Shown: positions 23,943 through 32,893 of the stretch, one piece after another
Position numbering within the stretch: position 1 is the stretch's first letter
Layout: every line of letters begins with the position of its first letter
Source of the DNA: a virus
Length of the DNA stretch: 43,313 bases
UHGV virus genome: UHGV-0213395
Strand: one strand, 5' to 3'
Notes under the pieces: model-generated
The model's input: only the letters and a program-made list of their open reading frames with translations
The model's database searches: none
What the model was told of the DNA's origin: nothing
Program-made: the position numbers and the translations under genes

Positions 23943-24443
23943 ATGTTAGAACAATTCTTAAAATTACTGGAACGTTTCGTAGTTGCACATGAACTGATTG
24001 CTGCGAACAGTGCGAAACAGTCAGCACAAGTTGCAGCGCCGTTAGAAGTAGAGACGGTAGTGTATACCAAAGAAGCGGTAGCTGAGTGCGAAAAAGAAGC
24101 AACAAAAGAAATCCCTGTTGAAGGTGAAGACATCGTTGACGCTAAACCAGCAGAAGAAGAGAAGCCGAAACGCAAGCCGCGTAAAGCTAAAGTAGAGGAG
24201 CCGACTCCAGAACCAGAAGAAGAGAAAGAAGAGGTCGATTACCAGTCTCTTCGTGACCAGATTCAGGCTATCGACGATGCAATTAACGAAGGTCCTAGCG
24301 ATGCTGCGTGCGACGATTCCGATGAACTGCTGGAGGAGTTCACCGGTAAGAAAATGAAGATTGCCGCGATTAAAGACGAAGACCTGGCTGAATACCTGAA
24401 ACGCCTGACGGCGATTAAGAACAAGTATTTCGAAGAAGAATAA
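23943..24443 (+). CDS. highly acidic low-complexity protein (166 aa)
   Basis: GAGAGGAGAG SD; Glu/Asp/Lys-rich central region; terminator at 24452-24470. Confidence 0.6.
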   Translation: MLEQFLKLLERFVVAHELIAANSAKQSAQVAAPLEVETVVYTKEAVAECEKEATKEIPVEGEDIVDAKPAEEEKPKRKPRKAKVEEPTPEPEEEKEEVDYQSLRDQIQAIDDAINEGPSDAACDDSDELLEEFTGKKMKIAAIKDEDLAEYLKRLTAIKNKYFEEE

Positions 24444-24451
24444 TTTATCTG

Positions 24452-24470
24452 GCGGCCTCCGGGCCGCTTT
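24452..24470 (+). terminator. rho-independent terminator
   Basis: GCGGCC-TCCG-GGCCGC followed by TTT. Confidence 0.5.
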
Positions 24471-24486
24471 AACAGAGGGTCGTAAT

Positions 24487-24759
24487 ATGATTTACCAACT
24501 CTACCGAGGTATTGACCGACGGGATAACACAGAGGCGTTGTGGCTGTTGCGTGCGCCGTCCGGCGCGCACCAGATGGAAGAGATGGCCTACCTCGGCAAA
24601 GTACCGAAGCCGAAAGATATAGGCCGTCACCTGTCGCAGATTAAGCGCACGACATTCGTTAAAAGTGACTTTTATGTCTTCGAGTCGATGTATAGCTGGG
24701 CGATGCATTGTGACCACAAGACACGACATTTAATTGACCAGTGGGAGAACCGGGTATGA
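24487..24759 (+). CDS. hypothetical protein (90 aa)
   Basis: AGAGGG SD; intact ORF. Confidence 0.55.
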   Translation: MIYQLYRGIDRRDNTEALWLLRAPSGAHQMEEMAYLGKVPKPKDIGRHLSQIKRTTFVKSDFYVFESMYSWAMHCDHKTRHLIDQWENRV

Positions 24760-25103
24760 CGGATAAATGGTGGCTTAATCTGCGTAGTGGTGACAAGGTT
24801 TACACCGTCGGTGACCGCAGAAAGAACAGCGGCGTAGCTACTGTGCTACAAAACGGCAAAAAGTACATCCACATTGCGCATGAAGCTCGAGCACTCCGCG
24901 TGAATAAATCGTCTGGAAGACTTGAGGATTACCCGAAAACATTAATATACAAAAGCGAAAAGCATCACATGGCCACTGTTGACGCAAGACGTAAGTTCGC
25001 AGGAATGCTGCAACAGTTAAGCGACTTACATCGTGATGATTCTTTCATCCCCACAGAAGAACAGCTACAGGCATTAAACTTGTATTTGGAGAGTTTACGA
25101 TGA
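24756..25103 (+). CDS. hypothetical protein (115 aa)
   Basis: Start moved to ATG 24756 (ATGA overlap with upstream stop). Confidence 0.55.
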   Translation: MTDKWWLNLRSGDKVYTVGDRRKNSGVATVLQNGKKYIHIAHEARALRVNKSSGRLEDYPKTLIYKSEKHHMATVDARRKFAGMLQQLSDLHRDDSFIPTEEQLQALNLYLESLR

Positions 25104-26380
25104 TTCTAAAAGAACGCGGCGGCAATAACGACGTACACGCCTTACTGTCACCGTCAGGTGCTAAAAAGTGGTTAACCTGCGCCGCATCACTGGCCTGTGA
25201 AAAGGATATTCCTGACACGTCCGGTAAAGCTGCGATATTAGGCACGGCAATGCACACCATAGCCGAGATACACCTTAACCAGTACATCAAAGGCACTGCG
25301 TTGCCATTAGAACGTGAAGTCGGCGCTTATGTACTGGACGAAGGAAAAGGCCAGATTAAGGCGTTAATCAGCCCTATGAAAGGCGCGGTACTGATTACGG
25401 CTGACATGATTGAACAGGTTCGCAAGTACACCGACTACTGCAAAGCGATTATCGATGTAGCGACTTACGCCAAGCTGGAAATGCGTGTCAATCTTACTGA
25501 GGTATTGCATCCGGGCTACAAAGTACCTGCTGAGAGTGAAGAAGGTAAGGAGGATGATTTAGAGACATTCGGGACAGCCGACTTAGTGGCGGTTATAGAA
25601 GGCTTTACAGGTGAAAGTAACTCCGCGATGCTCATTATCGGCGACCTTAAAACAGGACGGCATCGCGTCGAAGCGAAAGAAAACAAGCAGCTTATGCTTT
25701 ACGCTCTCGGTGTTTATCGTCGACTCAAGAGACGTTATAACATAACAACCGTTCGTCTGGTCATCTTCCAGCCTTACGCTGGGGGCGCGACAGAGTGGGA
25801 CATCTCGGTTGAAGGACTGGAACTGTTCGCTAAGTTCGCACAGAAACGCGCGCTGTTAGCGCTTGATGCGTATTTCCGTGGCAAGAAGAACCTGAAAGCG
25901 TCGGACTTCAAGCCATCGGTAGATGGTTGTCAGTGGTGCCGGTTCTCTGAACAATGCGCTGCGCGTACAAAGACGGTTAATTCTGTACTGGCGGAAGAAC
26001 TGGAAGACGACTTTGTGCTGGAACTGACGCCGGAGCAACTCGTAGCTGAGTATGAGAAGTTGCCGCTGTTGCGCCAGCACATCGACAAGGTTGAGAAAGC
26101 TATGGCGGCCGCGTTGCATTCAGGTAAGAAAGTTCCTGGTTACAAGTTGGTTGAAGGCCGCCCAGGTAATCGTGCATGGAAAGACGCGGAGAAAGTAACA
26201 GAACTCTACGGCGACAAGCTGACTAAAGAAGTGCTCATGTCACCTACCGAAGCTGTTAAAGTCATACCGGAAGAAGAACTGAAAGACTTCATTACCCGTA
26301 AGCCAGGCGCACCATGTGTCGCAACGGCAGACGACAAACGTCCTGAGTGGAATCAGGTAACAGAGGAGGATTTGGAATGA
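25100..26380 (+). CDS. PD-(D/E)XK nuclease with Cys cluster (RecB/Cas4-like recombination exonuclease, 426 aa)
   Basis: GTADLV ... IGDLKTG nuclease motifs; cysteines at WLTCAASLAC and CQWCRFSEQC; C-terminus ...QVTEEDLE. Confidence 0.65.
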   Translation: MILKERGGNNDVHALLSPSGAKKWLTCAASLACEKDIPDTSGKAAILGTAMHTIAEIHLNQYIKGTALPLEREVGAYVLDEGKGQIKALISPMKGAVLITADMIEQVRKYTDYCKAIIDVATYAKLEMRVNLTEVLHPGYKVPAESEEGKEDDLETFGTADLVAVIEGFTGESNSAMLIIGDLKTGRHRVEAKENKQLMLYALGVYRRLKRRYNITTVRLVIFQPYAGGATEWDISVEGLELFAKFAQKRALLALDAYFRGKKNLKASDFKPSVDGCQWCRFSEQCAARTKTVNSVLAEELEDDFVLELTPEQLVAEYEKLPLLRQHIDKVEKAMAAALHSGKKVPGYKLVEGRPGNRAWKDAEKVTELYGDKLTKEVLMSPTEAVKVIPEEELKDFITRKPGAPCVATADDKRPEWNQVTEEDLE

Positions 26381-26580
26381 TTCAAGTAAATGAAATGCCC
26401 ACAGATAAAGATTTTGTGATGATATGGCGCTGGGGCGGTTATATCCATTCGGAATCGTTTACGTTCCTGAACGGCACGATGGTGCGATACAACCATGTGG
26501 AGGATGAATTCGAACCCGTTGATATGAATGATTTCGAGAACATAGTCCGTATTGCGAAATTTTATTTGACACCTGAATAG
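26377..26580 (+). CDS. hypothetical protein (67 aa)
   Basis: ATGA overlap with nuclease stop; the GAGGAGGA SD lies inside the nuclease C-terminal codons. Confidence 0.5.
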   Translation: MIQVNEMPTDKDFVMIWRWGGYIHSESFTFLNGTMVRYNHVEDEFEPVDMNDFENIVRIAKFYLTPE

Positions 26581-26594
26581 TTAGCTATTATAGT
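26566..26594 (+). promoter_or_regulatory. promoter TTGACA-N17-TATAGT with operator-like palindrome (second copy)
   Basis: TTGACACCTGAATAGTTAGCTATTATAGT; drives the SSB-like gene at 26648. Confidence 0.5.
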
Positions 26595-26647
26595 TCTAAT
26601 CACTGGCCGGGCAGCTCCCGGAGTAAACTTAAAAGCGAGAAATCAAG

Positions 26648-27274
26648 ATGGGCATTAAACTGAATCTGCGTAAAGTAAACACTGCATGGGTTAACGTATT
26701 CGAACGCGAAAAAGACCGTGAAAACGACGACGGCTCAATCACTAAAGGCCAGTACAGCGCAACTATCATCCTGCCGTCTGACCATGCTCAAATCGACGCG
26801 CTCTACGACACCGTTTACGCTGTGGTTGAAGAAGCGTTGGGTGCAGCCGCCGCAGAGAAATGGATGAAGTCAAACTACGGCGAAGGCAAGCACATGGATA
26901 AATGCGCGATTAAGGACATCGCCGAGCGCGACAATCCGTTTGAAGACTTCCCGGAAGGTTTCTACTTCAAAGCGAAAGCGCAGAAACAACCTCTGATTGT
27001 AACATCTAAAAAAGGCGAAACTCAGGTAGAACCAGACTTCAATGTAGAAGGCGAACAGATTGAAGGTGAACAGGTGTACAGTGGCTGCGTCGCTAACGTA
27101 AGCGTTGAAATCTGGTTCAGCCAGAAATATAAAGTACTCGGCGTTAACCTGCTGGCAATTAAGTACGTTGGCGAAGGTAAAGCGTTTGGAGGCTCTAAAG
27201 TTGCTGCAAGCGTCGACGACCTGGAAGACGACGAAGAAGATGAAGCACCGCGCCGCGAACGTCGCCGCCGTTAA
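26648..27274 (+). CDS. SSB-like ssDNA-binding protein candidate with acidic C-terminal tail (208 aa)
   Basis: Sits between nuclease and polymerase as in DUF2800/DUF2815/PolA-type modules; C-terminal DDLEDDEEDE then basic tail. Confidence 0.5.
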   Translation: MGIKLNLRKVNTAWVNVFEREKDRENDDGSITKGQYSATIILPSDHAQIDALYDTVYAVVEEALGAAAAEKWMKSNYGEGKHMDKCAIKDIAERDNPFEDFPEGFYFKAKAQKQPLIVTSKKGETQVEPDFNVEGEQIEGEQVYSGCVANVSVEIWFSQKYKVLGVNLLAIKYVGEGKAFGGSKVAASVDDLEDDEEDEAPRRERRRR

Positions 27275-27293
27275 TATCTGAATCAATTTAACT

Positions 27294-27316
27294 AAGGCCC
27301 TTCATTGGGCCTTTTT
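27294..27316 (+). terminator. rho-independent terminator
   Basis: AAGGCCC-TTCATT-GGGCCTT followed by TTT. Confidence 0.6.
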
Positions 27317-27333
27317 ACTAAGGGTCGAAAATC

Positions 27334-27489
27334 ATGTTTTTCTGTAAGCACGTATACCGATATATGAAACCGCTTCCGTGGTACGCGGATGAGTACCGCG
27401 CCGGGTACAGGCATGTGTGGATTTGCCGTGATTGTATGAAAATAAGACTCAGCGAAACGAAGGCACTGGATTTAAGGAAAAAGAAATGA
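27334..27489 (+). CDS. small Cys-containing protein (51 aa), coupled to DNA polymerase
   Basis: AGGGT SD; MFFCKH...ICRDCM; ATGA overlap with polymerase start. Confidence 0.3.
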   Translation: MFFCKHVYRYMKPLPWYADEYRAGYRHVWICRDCMKIRLSETKALDLRKKK

Positions 27490-29666
27490 GCTACTTATAC
27501 CTGGACTTTGAAACATTCTCCGAAGCCGATTTAAAGAAAGTCGGCTCCTACGCTTACGCCGAACACCCGACTACCGAAGTGCTTATCTGCACATATGCTT
27601 TTGACGACGAGCCTGTGCGGGTATGGGATTGCACCGACGGCAGCGACATGCCGGGTGATTTGCACCGCGCACTGCGCCGCCTGGTTAAGCCGAACAGTCG
27701 TATTAAGATGGTGTGGCACAACGGCTCAATGTTCGACAGGCTCATCATGAAACACTGCTGGGGCTTTGATATTCCCGTAAGCAACACCATTGATACGATG
27801 ATTTGGGCGTTTCGTCACGCGCTGCCGGGTTCACTTGATGCGCTGTGCGAAGTGCTGGGCGTGTCTGCAGACAACGCGAAAGATAAACGCGGCAAGGCTC
27901 TGATTAAGCGTTTCTCTAAACCGACGCCGAAGAACTACAAAATCCGCCGCTACACCGCAGAAACTCACCCTGACGAGTGGGCGATGTTCATCAGGTACGC
28001 CGTGAGCGACATCACTGCGATGCGTGAAGTCTTCCATAAGCTGCCGCGTTGGGGTAACTCCGAGTTCGAAGACCGTGTACTGGAACTGGACCAGTTGATT
28101 AACGACCGTGGGTTTAAGGTTGATGTGACGCTGGCGGAAGCCGCGATTGAAGCCGTGGAAAAACACAAGGCCCAGCTACAGGAAGAAGCACAGCGCAAAT
28201 ACGGCGGCTCGCTTACTGGTAAAGACTTCCTGCCGATTCTGCGTGAACTTGCACCAGCGCACCGCATCCACAACGCGCAGAAGTCTACGCTTAACGACCT
28301 GTTGGCGGATGATGATTTACCGGACGACGCACGCACGATTATCGAAATGCGCCTCGGGGCCGCGTCCACAGCGTCAACGAAATATAACCCGCTGCTGTTA
28401 GGGCGCTCGTCGGACGACCGCCGTCGTGGTTGCATTCAGTACGGCGGAGCCAAGCGTACATTACGATTTGCCGGTAAAGGATTTCAGCCGCAGAACCTCG
28501 CGCGTGGGTACTATCACGATGATGAACTGGATAAAGGTATTTCAGCGTTACTTAAGGGCCGCGCGCATCGCCGTTTCGATGTCGCTAAGCTAACGGCATC
28601 GACGGTGCGTAGCTGCATTATCCCGGAAGCCGGAAAAAAGTTTGTCGTCGCCGATTACTCTAACGTTGAAGGTCGGGGGCTTGCGTGGCTGGCAGGCGAA
28701 GAAACCGCGCTAGATACGTTCCGCGCCGGGCTGGACATTTACTGTGTAACCGCGGGTAAGATGTTCGGCATGGAGCCGGATTACATTAAGAAGGAACGCA
28801 AAGACTTGCGCCAGATTGGTAAAGCCTGCGAGCTTGGCCTCGGCTACGCTGGTGGTGTTGGCGCTTTCGTTCAGTTTGCTAAGAACCTCGGACTTGACCT
28901 TGTTGATATGTCAAAAACAATGGACGGTACTTTCCCGGACCACATCTGGGCGGCTACTGCACGCGGCTATGAATGGGCACGTATTCAGGAAGCCAAGCGA
29001 CCGCCGCGACCCGGGGAGAAGGATGACCGACCATCGTATATTCTTGATAAGAAAGTGTGGCGTACCTGTGACGCTATCAAGCGTATGTGGCGAGAGTCAC
29101 ACCCTGAAACAGTAGCTTTCTGGCGAGATATTGAAGACGCAGCTATGGCCGCTATCCGCAATCCAGGTAAAGAGTTCACCGCGGGGCCTAGGGGGGTTAA
29201 GTTTTCGCGCAACGTAGAGACAGACAACAACGGCAACAAAGTCGCCGGCTGGTGGTTGCGCATGACGTTGCCGTCGGGTCGCGTTATGTCTTATCCGGGC
29301 GTCGGGTTAAGCGTGTCGAAAGAAACAGACGAAGATGGAAAAGTGTCTACTAACGTACGCATCAAGTACCAGGGGGAGAACCAGTTAACCCGTCAGTGGG
29401 GCTTCCAGTACACCTACTCTGGTAAACTCGTGGAAAACTGTACTCAGGCGCTGTGCCGTGATTTGCTGGCCAATGCACTGCTGAACGTTGAAGCAAACGG
29501 CTATCCTATTGTGCTTCACGTACACGACGAAATTATCTGCGAAACACCAGATACGCCAGAATACAATGTTGCAGAGCTTGAGCGGTTGATGTGCGAATTA
29601 CCGGAGTGGGCGGAGGGGTTCCCTCTTGTAGCGGAAGGTGCGGAGATGAAGCGTTATGCCAAGTAA
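27486..29666 (+). CDS. family A DNA polymerase with N-terminal 3'-5' exonuclease domain (726 aa)
   Basis: Exo motif YLDFETFS; Pol A motif A VVADYSNVEGR, motif B RKDLRQIGKACELGLGYAGG, motif C VLHVHDEIICE. Start moved to ATG 27486 (AAGGAAAAAG SD). Confidence 0.85.
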   Translation: MSYLYLDFETFSEADLKKVGSYAYAEHPTTEVLICTYAFDDEPVRVWDCTDGSDMPGDLHRALRRLVKPNSRIKMVWHNGSMFDRLIMKHCWGFDIPVSNTIDTMIWAFRHALPGSLDALCEVLGVSADNAKDKRGKALIKRFSKPTPKNYKIRRYTAETHPDEWAMFIRYAVSDITAMREVFHKLPRWGNSEFEDRVLELDQLINDRGFKVDVTLAEAAIEAVEKHKAQLQEEAQRKYGGSLTGKDFLPILRELAPAHRIHNAQKSTLNDLLADDDLPDDARTIIEMRLGAASTASTKYNPLLLGRSSDDRRRGCIQYGGAKRTLRFAGKGFQPQNLARGYYHDDELDKGISALLKGRAHRRFDVAKLTASTVRSCIIPEAGKKFVVADYSNVEGRGLAWLAGEETALDTFRAGLDIYCVTAGKMFGMEPDYIKKERKDLRQIGKACELGLGYAGGVGAFVQFAKNLGLDLVDMSKTMDGTFPDHIWAATARGYEWARIQEAKRPPRPGEKDDRPSYILDKKVWRTCDAIKRMWRESHPETVAFWRDIEDAAMAAIRNPGKEFTAGPRGVKFSRNVETDNNGNKVAGWWLRMTLPSGRVMSYPGVGLSVSKETDEDGKVSTNVRIKYQGENQLTRQWGFQYTYSGKLVENCTQALCRDLLANALLNVEANGYPIVLHVHDEIICETPDTPEYNVAELERLMCELPEWAEGFPLVAEGAEMKRYAK

Positions 29667-29787
29667 ACTGATTATCGCGGTACTGGCGGGATTTGCCGCC
29701 GGTGTCTACTGTCACGAGGGACAATACGGCATGATGGTTGCCATATTGGGCATGTTCATCGCAATTTATATGTGGGTGCTGGAATGA
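29656..29787 (+). CDS. small membrane protein (43 aa)
   Basis: ATG overlaps 3' end of polymerase gene; hydrophobic IIAVLAGFAAGV ... VAILGMFIAIYMWVL. Confidence 0.3.
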   Translation: MPSKLIIAVLAGFAAGVYCHEGQYGMMVAILGMFIAIYMWVLE

Positions 29788-29873
29788 AAATTTACTGGTT
29801 TTATGAAGACGACTGCCGAATCTGCCCGCGCTGCGGGATTGAGCATACGAAACGTGAGGGGTGCGTATTATGA
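29784..29873 (+). CDS. 29-aa zinc-ribbon-like peptide
   Basis: CRICPRC ... EGC cysteine pattern; ATGA coupling on both sides. Confidence 0.25.
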   Translation: MKIYWFYEDDCRICPRCGIEHTKREGCVL

Positions 29874-30022
29874 CAATGTTTGTATTTAGGACCATAGTAA
29901 CCATGCTCGCACTGTTACTCGGTGCGGGAATAGCTGCTATGTTCTGTTACGGCCTGTTCTTTCAGTTTGCCGGTGTTGCCATTCTAGGCTGGGTTTTCCT
30001 TACCTGGATGCTGCGGTCATGA
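29870..30022 (+). CDS. small membrane protein (50 aa, 2 predicted TM segments)
   Basis: Hydrophobic throughout; ATGA overlap with VRR-NUC start. Confidence 0.3.
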   Translation: MTMFVFRTIVTMLALLLGAGIAAMFCYGLFFQFAGVAILGWVFLTWMLRS

Positions 30023-30351
30023 CTAAAGAGGGCCGCATCCAGAAATACGCAAAAGAGCGATTCGAGGCCATTGGTGGCCTCGTTCGTAAACTTTCCTACG
30101 AAGGACGTTCAGGCGCTCCTGACCTGCTGGCAATTCTACCCGGCGGCATCGTCTGGTTCGTCGAGGTGAAGAAAGACGAAAACACTAAGCCAGACCCGCA
30201 CCAGCTACGGGAACACGAGCGTATACGTAAACGTGGCGCAAATGTTTTTGTCGTTGGTTCGATAAAACAGATTGACACCCTAATAGCAGACTATTATAGT
30301 AAGCACATACCCCAACAATATAAGGAATTTAGAAATGAAACACGAATATGA
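30019..30351 (+). CDS. VRR-NUC domain nuclease (110 aa)
   Basis: PDLLAI ... VEVKK PD-(D/E)XK core in a ~100 aa protein. Confidence 0.65.
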   Translation: MTKEGRIQKYAKERFEAIGGLVRKLSYEGRSGAPDLLAILPGGIVWFVEVKKDENTKPDPHQLREHERIRKRGANVFVVGSIKQIDTLIADYYSKHIPQQYKEFRNETRI

Positions 30352-30526
30352 CCGCAAACCAGCACGTGACATCGTACCAGGCGACATGATTTTCAACGTT
30401 AAGACCCGTCGTCCTGTTGCCGTTGATACGGTGTTCGTCGAGTCGAACGGTAAACTGGTTATCGAAGATGTAACGGGTAACGTTACGGCGTTCGGGCGTA
30501 AAGAGCTGGTGCTGGTGGCAAAATGA
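30335..30526 (+). CDS. hypothetical protein (63 aa)
   Basis: Intact ORF overlapping neighbours. Confidence 0.45.
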   Translation: MKHEYDRKPARDIVPGDMIFNVKTRRPVAVDTVFVESNGKLVIEDVTGNVTAFGRKELVLVAK

Positions 30527-31317
30527 ACTATTACAACGAATGGGATAAAGGCGCAGCCGCGTGGCTGCGTGAATTAATAAAACAGGGTCACATACCTTTT
30601 GGAGTTGTAGATGAAAGAAGCATTACCGAAGTTAGACCAGAAGACCTTGACGGGTTCACCCAGTGTCATTTTTTCGCGGGTATCGGCGGCTGGCCTCTCG
30701 CGCTCAGACTTGCGGGAGTTTCTGAAGATACGCCTATATGGACGGGAAGTCCGCCTTGCCAACCGTTTAGCACGGCAGGAAAGCAACTCGGACAGTTCGA
30801 CCAGAGACACCTCGCACCTGTGCTCCTCGACCTCATCAGCGAGTGCCACCCTCCAGTCATCTTTGGGGAGCAGGTTGCGGCAGCAATTGCAAAATCGTGG
30901 ATGTGCGATTTACAAACTCACCTGGAAAGAGAAGACTACGCCGTCGGGTTTGCCGTACTCCCAGCTTGTAGCGTCGGCGCACCGCACAAAAGGAATCGAT
31001 TGTTCTTCGGAGCGCAGCAACTGGCCAACACCGTGTGCGAACAACTCGGCGGGAGCAGGCCATCAGGGCAGGAACGGGGGCCACAATCTGCAAACAGAGG
31101 CATCTCTGACACAGCCAATCCGCCTAACGGGTTCTGGTCAGATGCTGACTGGCTCGGATGCCGGGATGGAAAATTCAGGCCAGTTGAACCCAGCACATTC
31201 CCGCTGGCTAATGGGGTACCCGCCAGAGTGGGACGATTGCGCGGTTACGGCAATGCTATCGTCCCGCAAGTAGCCGCTGAATTTATAAAGGCGTTCATGG
31301 GGGCCGTAAATGAGTAA
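30523..31317 (+). CDS. DNA cytosine-5 methyltransferase, apparently frameshifted (motifs split between two frames)
   Basis: Frame 1: motif I FAGIGGW, motif [10 protein letters not shown], motif [13 protein letters not shown]. The +1 frame (ORF 30611..31273) carries WPTP and [18 protein letters not shown] (motif IX-like). Confidence 0.55.
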   Translation: MNYYNEWDKGAAAWLRELIKQGHIPFGVVDERSITEVRPEDLDGFTQCHFFAGIGGWPLALRLAGVSEDTPIWTGSPPCQPFSTAGKQLGQFDQRHLAPVLLDLISECHPPVIFGEQVAAAIAKSWMCDLQTHLEREDYAVGFAVLPACSVGAPHKRNRLFFGAQQLANTVCEQLGGSRPSGQERGPQSANRGISDTANPPNGFWSDADWLGCRDGKFRPVEPSTFPLANGVPARVGRLRGYGNAIVPQVAAEFIKAFMGAVNE

Positions 31318-32734
31318 GTTTCAAAGGCGCGAATACCAGAAGCTAATGACTTCGTTCATGTTGCGGCACCATCGCTGTAATATTTGGGCGAGCATGGGCG
31401 CCGGGAAGACTGGCAGCGTACTGTGGACATTAAACCGACTGTTCCGCAACGGGCAGCTTACAGAAGAGGACCGCGTGTTAATCCTCGCCCCGTTGCGCGT
31501 TGCATCAGGCACATGGCCGGCGGAACAAACTAAGTGGAATTTCCCATGTCTGCGTGTCGTAGACGCGACCGGTTCAGAGAAGCGCCGCATCGCGGCGCTG
31601 GAGTCGGACGCTAACGTGGTGTGCACGAACTATGAGGTAATAGAGTGGTTGATTGACTACTACGGCAAAGACGACTGGCCTTTTACCGTTATCGTTGCCG
31701 ATGAAAGCACGAAACTGAAGTCATTCCGCAGCCGTTCAGGCGGCAGCAAGAGGGCAAAGGCGCTTAGTAAAGTGGCATTTGGCAAAGTTAAGCGTTTCAT
31801 TAACCTGACTGGCACGCCGTCACCAAACGGCCTCAAGGACTTGTGGGGGCAGAACTGGTTTATCGACGCAGGCGAGCGCCTGGGGTCATCGTACACAGCA
31901 TTCACCGACCGCTGGTTTAACTCGGTACAGAAAGGGAAATCTGCGATGGCCCGTGAATACCACGCACGCCCGGGTGCGGATAATGAAATTCACCAGAAGA
32001 TGAAGGACATTAGTCTCACGATTGACGCCGCCGAGTGGTTCGGGTGTGAAGCGCCGATTATTGTGCCGGTTGAAATCGACCTGCCGAAGAAAGCACGTCA
32101 GGCGTACATCGATATGGAGGAGAAGTTATTCGCGGAACTGGAAAGCGGAGAAGTTGAAGCGGCTAACGCTGCGGCGAAGACGTCGAAGTGCCTACAGATT
32201 GCCTCCGGTGCCGTGTATGTATCGGGGCCAGATGGCGAATCAACCAAAGAATGGGAGAAAGTGCACGACACGAAACTTGATGCGCTCGAGTCCATTGTTG
32301 AGGAGTTACAGGGGGCACCGTTACTGGTGGCCTATCAGTTCAAGCACGAACTGGAGCGCATCCTTAAGCGATTCCCACAAGCACAGGCGTTTTCCAAAGG
32401 CGCGAAGGGTAATAAGCAGATGGAAGCGTGGAACCGCGGCGAAATAGAAATCTTATGCGTACACCCTGCGTCAGCCGGGCATGGTTTGAATTTACAGGAC
32501 GGCGGCCATCATCTGGCGTTTATTTCACAAGGCTGGAATCTTGAGCACTATTTGCAGGTTGTCGAGCGCATCGGCCCTGTTCGCCAGAAACAAGCTGGGC
32601 ACGAGCGCCCGGTGTTCCTTTATCACATAGTCGCTAAAGACACGCTGGACGAGGTTGTTGCCGCGCGTACCGACGAGAAGAAATCGGTACAGGAAGAGTT
32701 GCTTAACTACATGAAGAGACGAGGTAAGAAATGA
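31310..32734 (+). CDS. SNF2/DEAD-like superfamily 2 helicase (474 aa)
   Basis: Motif I MGAGKTGS, motif II VIVADESTKLK, C-terminal helicase domain. Confidence 0.75.
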   Translation: MSKFQRREYQKLMTSFMLRHHRCNIWASMGAGKTGSVLWTLNRLFRNGQLTEEDRVLILAPLRVASGTWPAEQTKWNFPCLRVVDATGSEKRRIAALESDANVVCTNYEVIEWLIDYYGKDDWPFTVIVADESTKLKSFRSRSGGSKRAKALSKVAFGKVKRFINLTGTPSPNGLKDLWGQNWFIDAGERLGSSYTAFTDRWFNSVQKGKSAMAREYHARPGADNEIHQKMKDISLTIDAAEWFGCEAPIIVPVEIDLPKKARQAYIDMEEKLFAELESGEVEAANAAAKTSKCLQIASGAVYVSGPDGESTKEWEKVHDTKLDALESIVEELQGAPLLVAYQFKHELERILKRFPQAQAFSKGAKGNKQMEAWNRGEIEILCVHPASAGHGLNLQDGGHHLAFISQGWNLEHYLQVVERIGPVRQKQAGHERPVFLYHIVAKDTLDEVVAARTDEKKSVQEELLNYMKRRGKK

Positions 32735-32868
32735 ACATCATAGCCCCGATTCCAGCATTGCAAAAACGTATCAAGGAACTCGAAGAGGAGGTTCTACGCC
32801 TACGGCAACAGAGAGATGCCGCTAATGCGCAACTGGCGTTTGTGCTGGAGAAGTTATCAGAAGAGTAG
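32731..32868 (+). CDS. small coiled-coil protein (45 aa)
   Basis: ATGA overlap with helicase stop; heptad-like KELEEEVLRLRQQ; followed by terminator. Confidence 0.3.
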   Translation: MNIIAPIPALQKRIKELEEEVLRLRQQRDAANAQLAFVLEKLSEE

Positions 32869-32872
32869 AGAA

Positions 32873-32893
32873 AAGGCCCCATTATGGGGCCTT
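32873..32893. terminator. bidirectional terminator (AAGGCCCC-ATTAT-GGGGCCTT)
   Basis: Perfect 8-bp stem between convergent helicase-operon and tailspike gene ends; T-rich on both sides. Confidence 0.7.

Noticed and set aside
30611-31273. 220-aa ORF as an independent gene
   Set aside because: Not an independent gene: its N-terminal half is low-complexity, and only its C-terminal third carries methyltransferase-like motifs. Interpreted as the frameshifted continuation of the methyltransferase gene (see findings).
32022-32447. 141-aa same-strand alternative-frame ORF inside the SNF2 helicase gene
   Set aside because: Arg-rich nonsense-like composition; the main frame carries the helicase motifs throughout.
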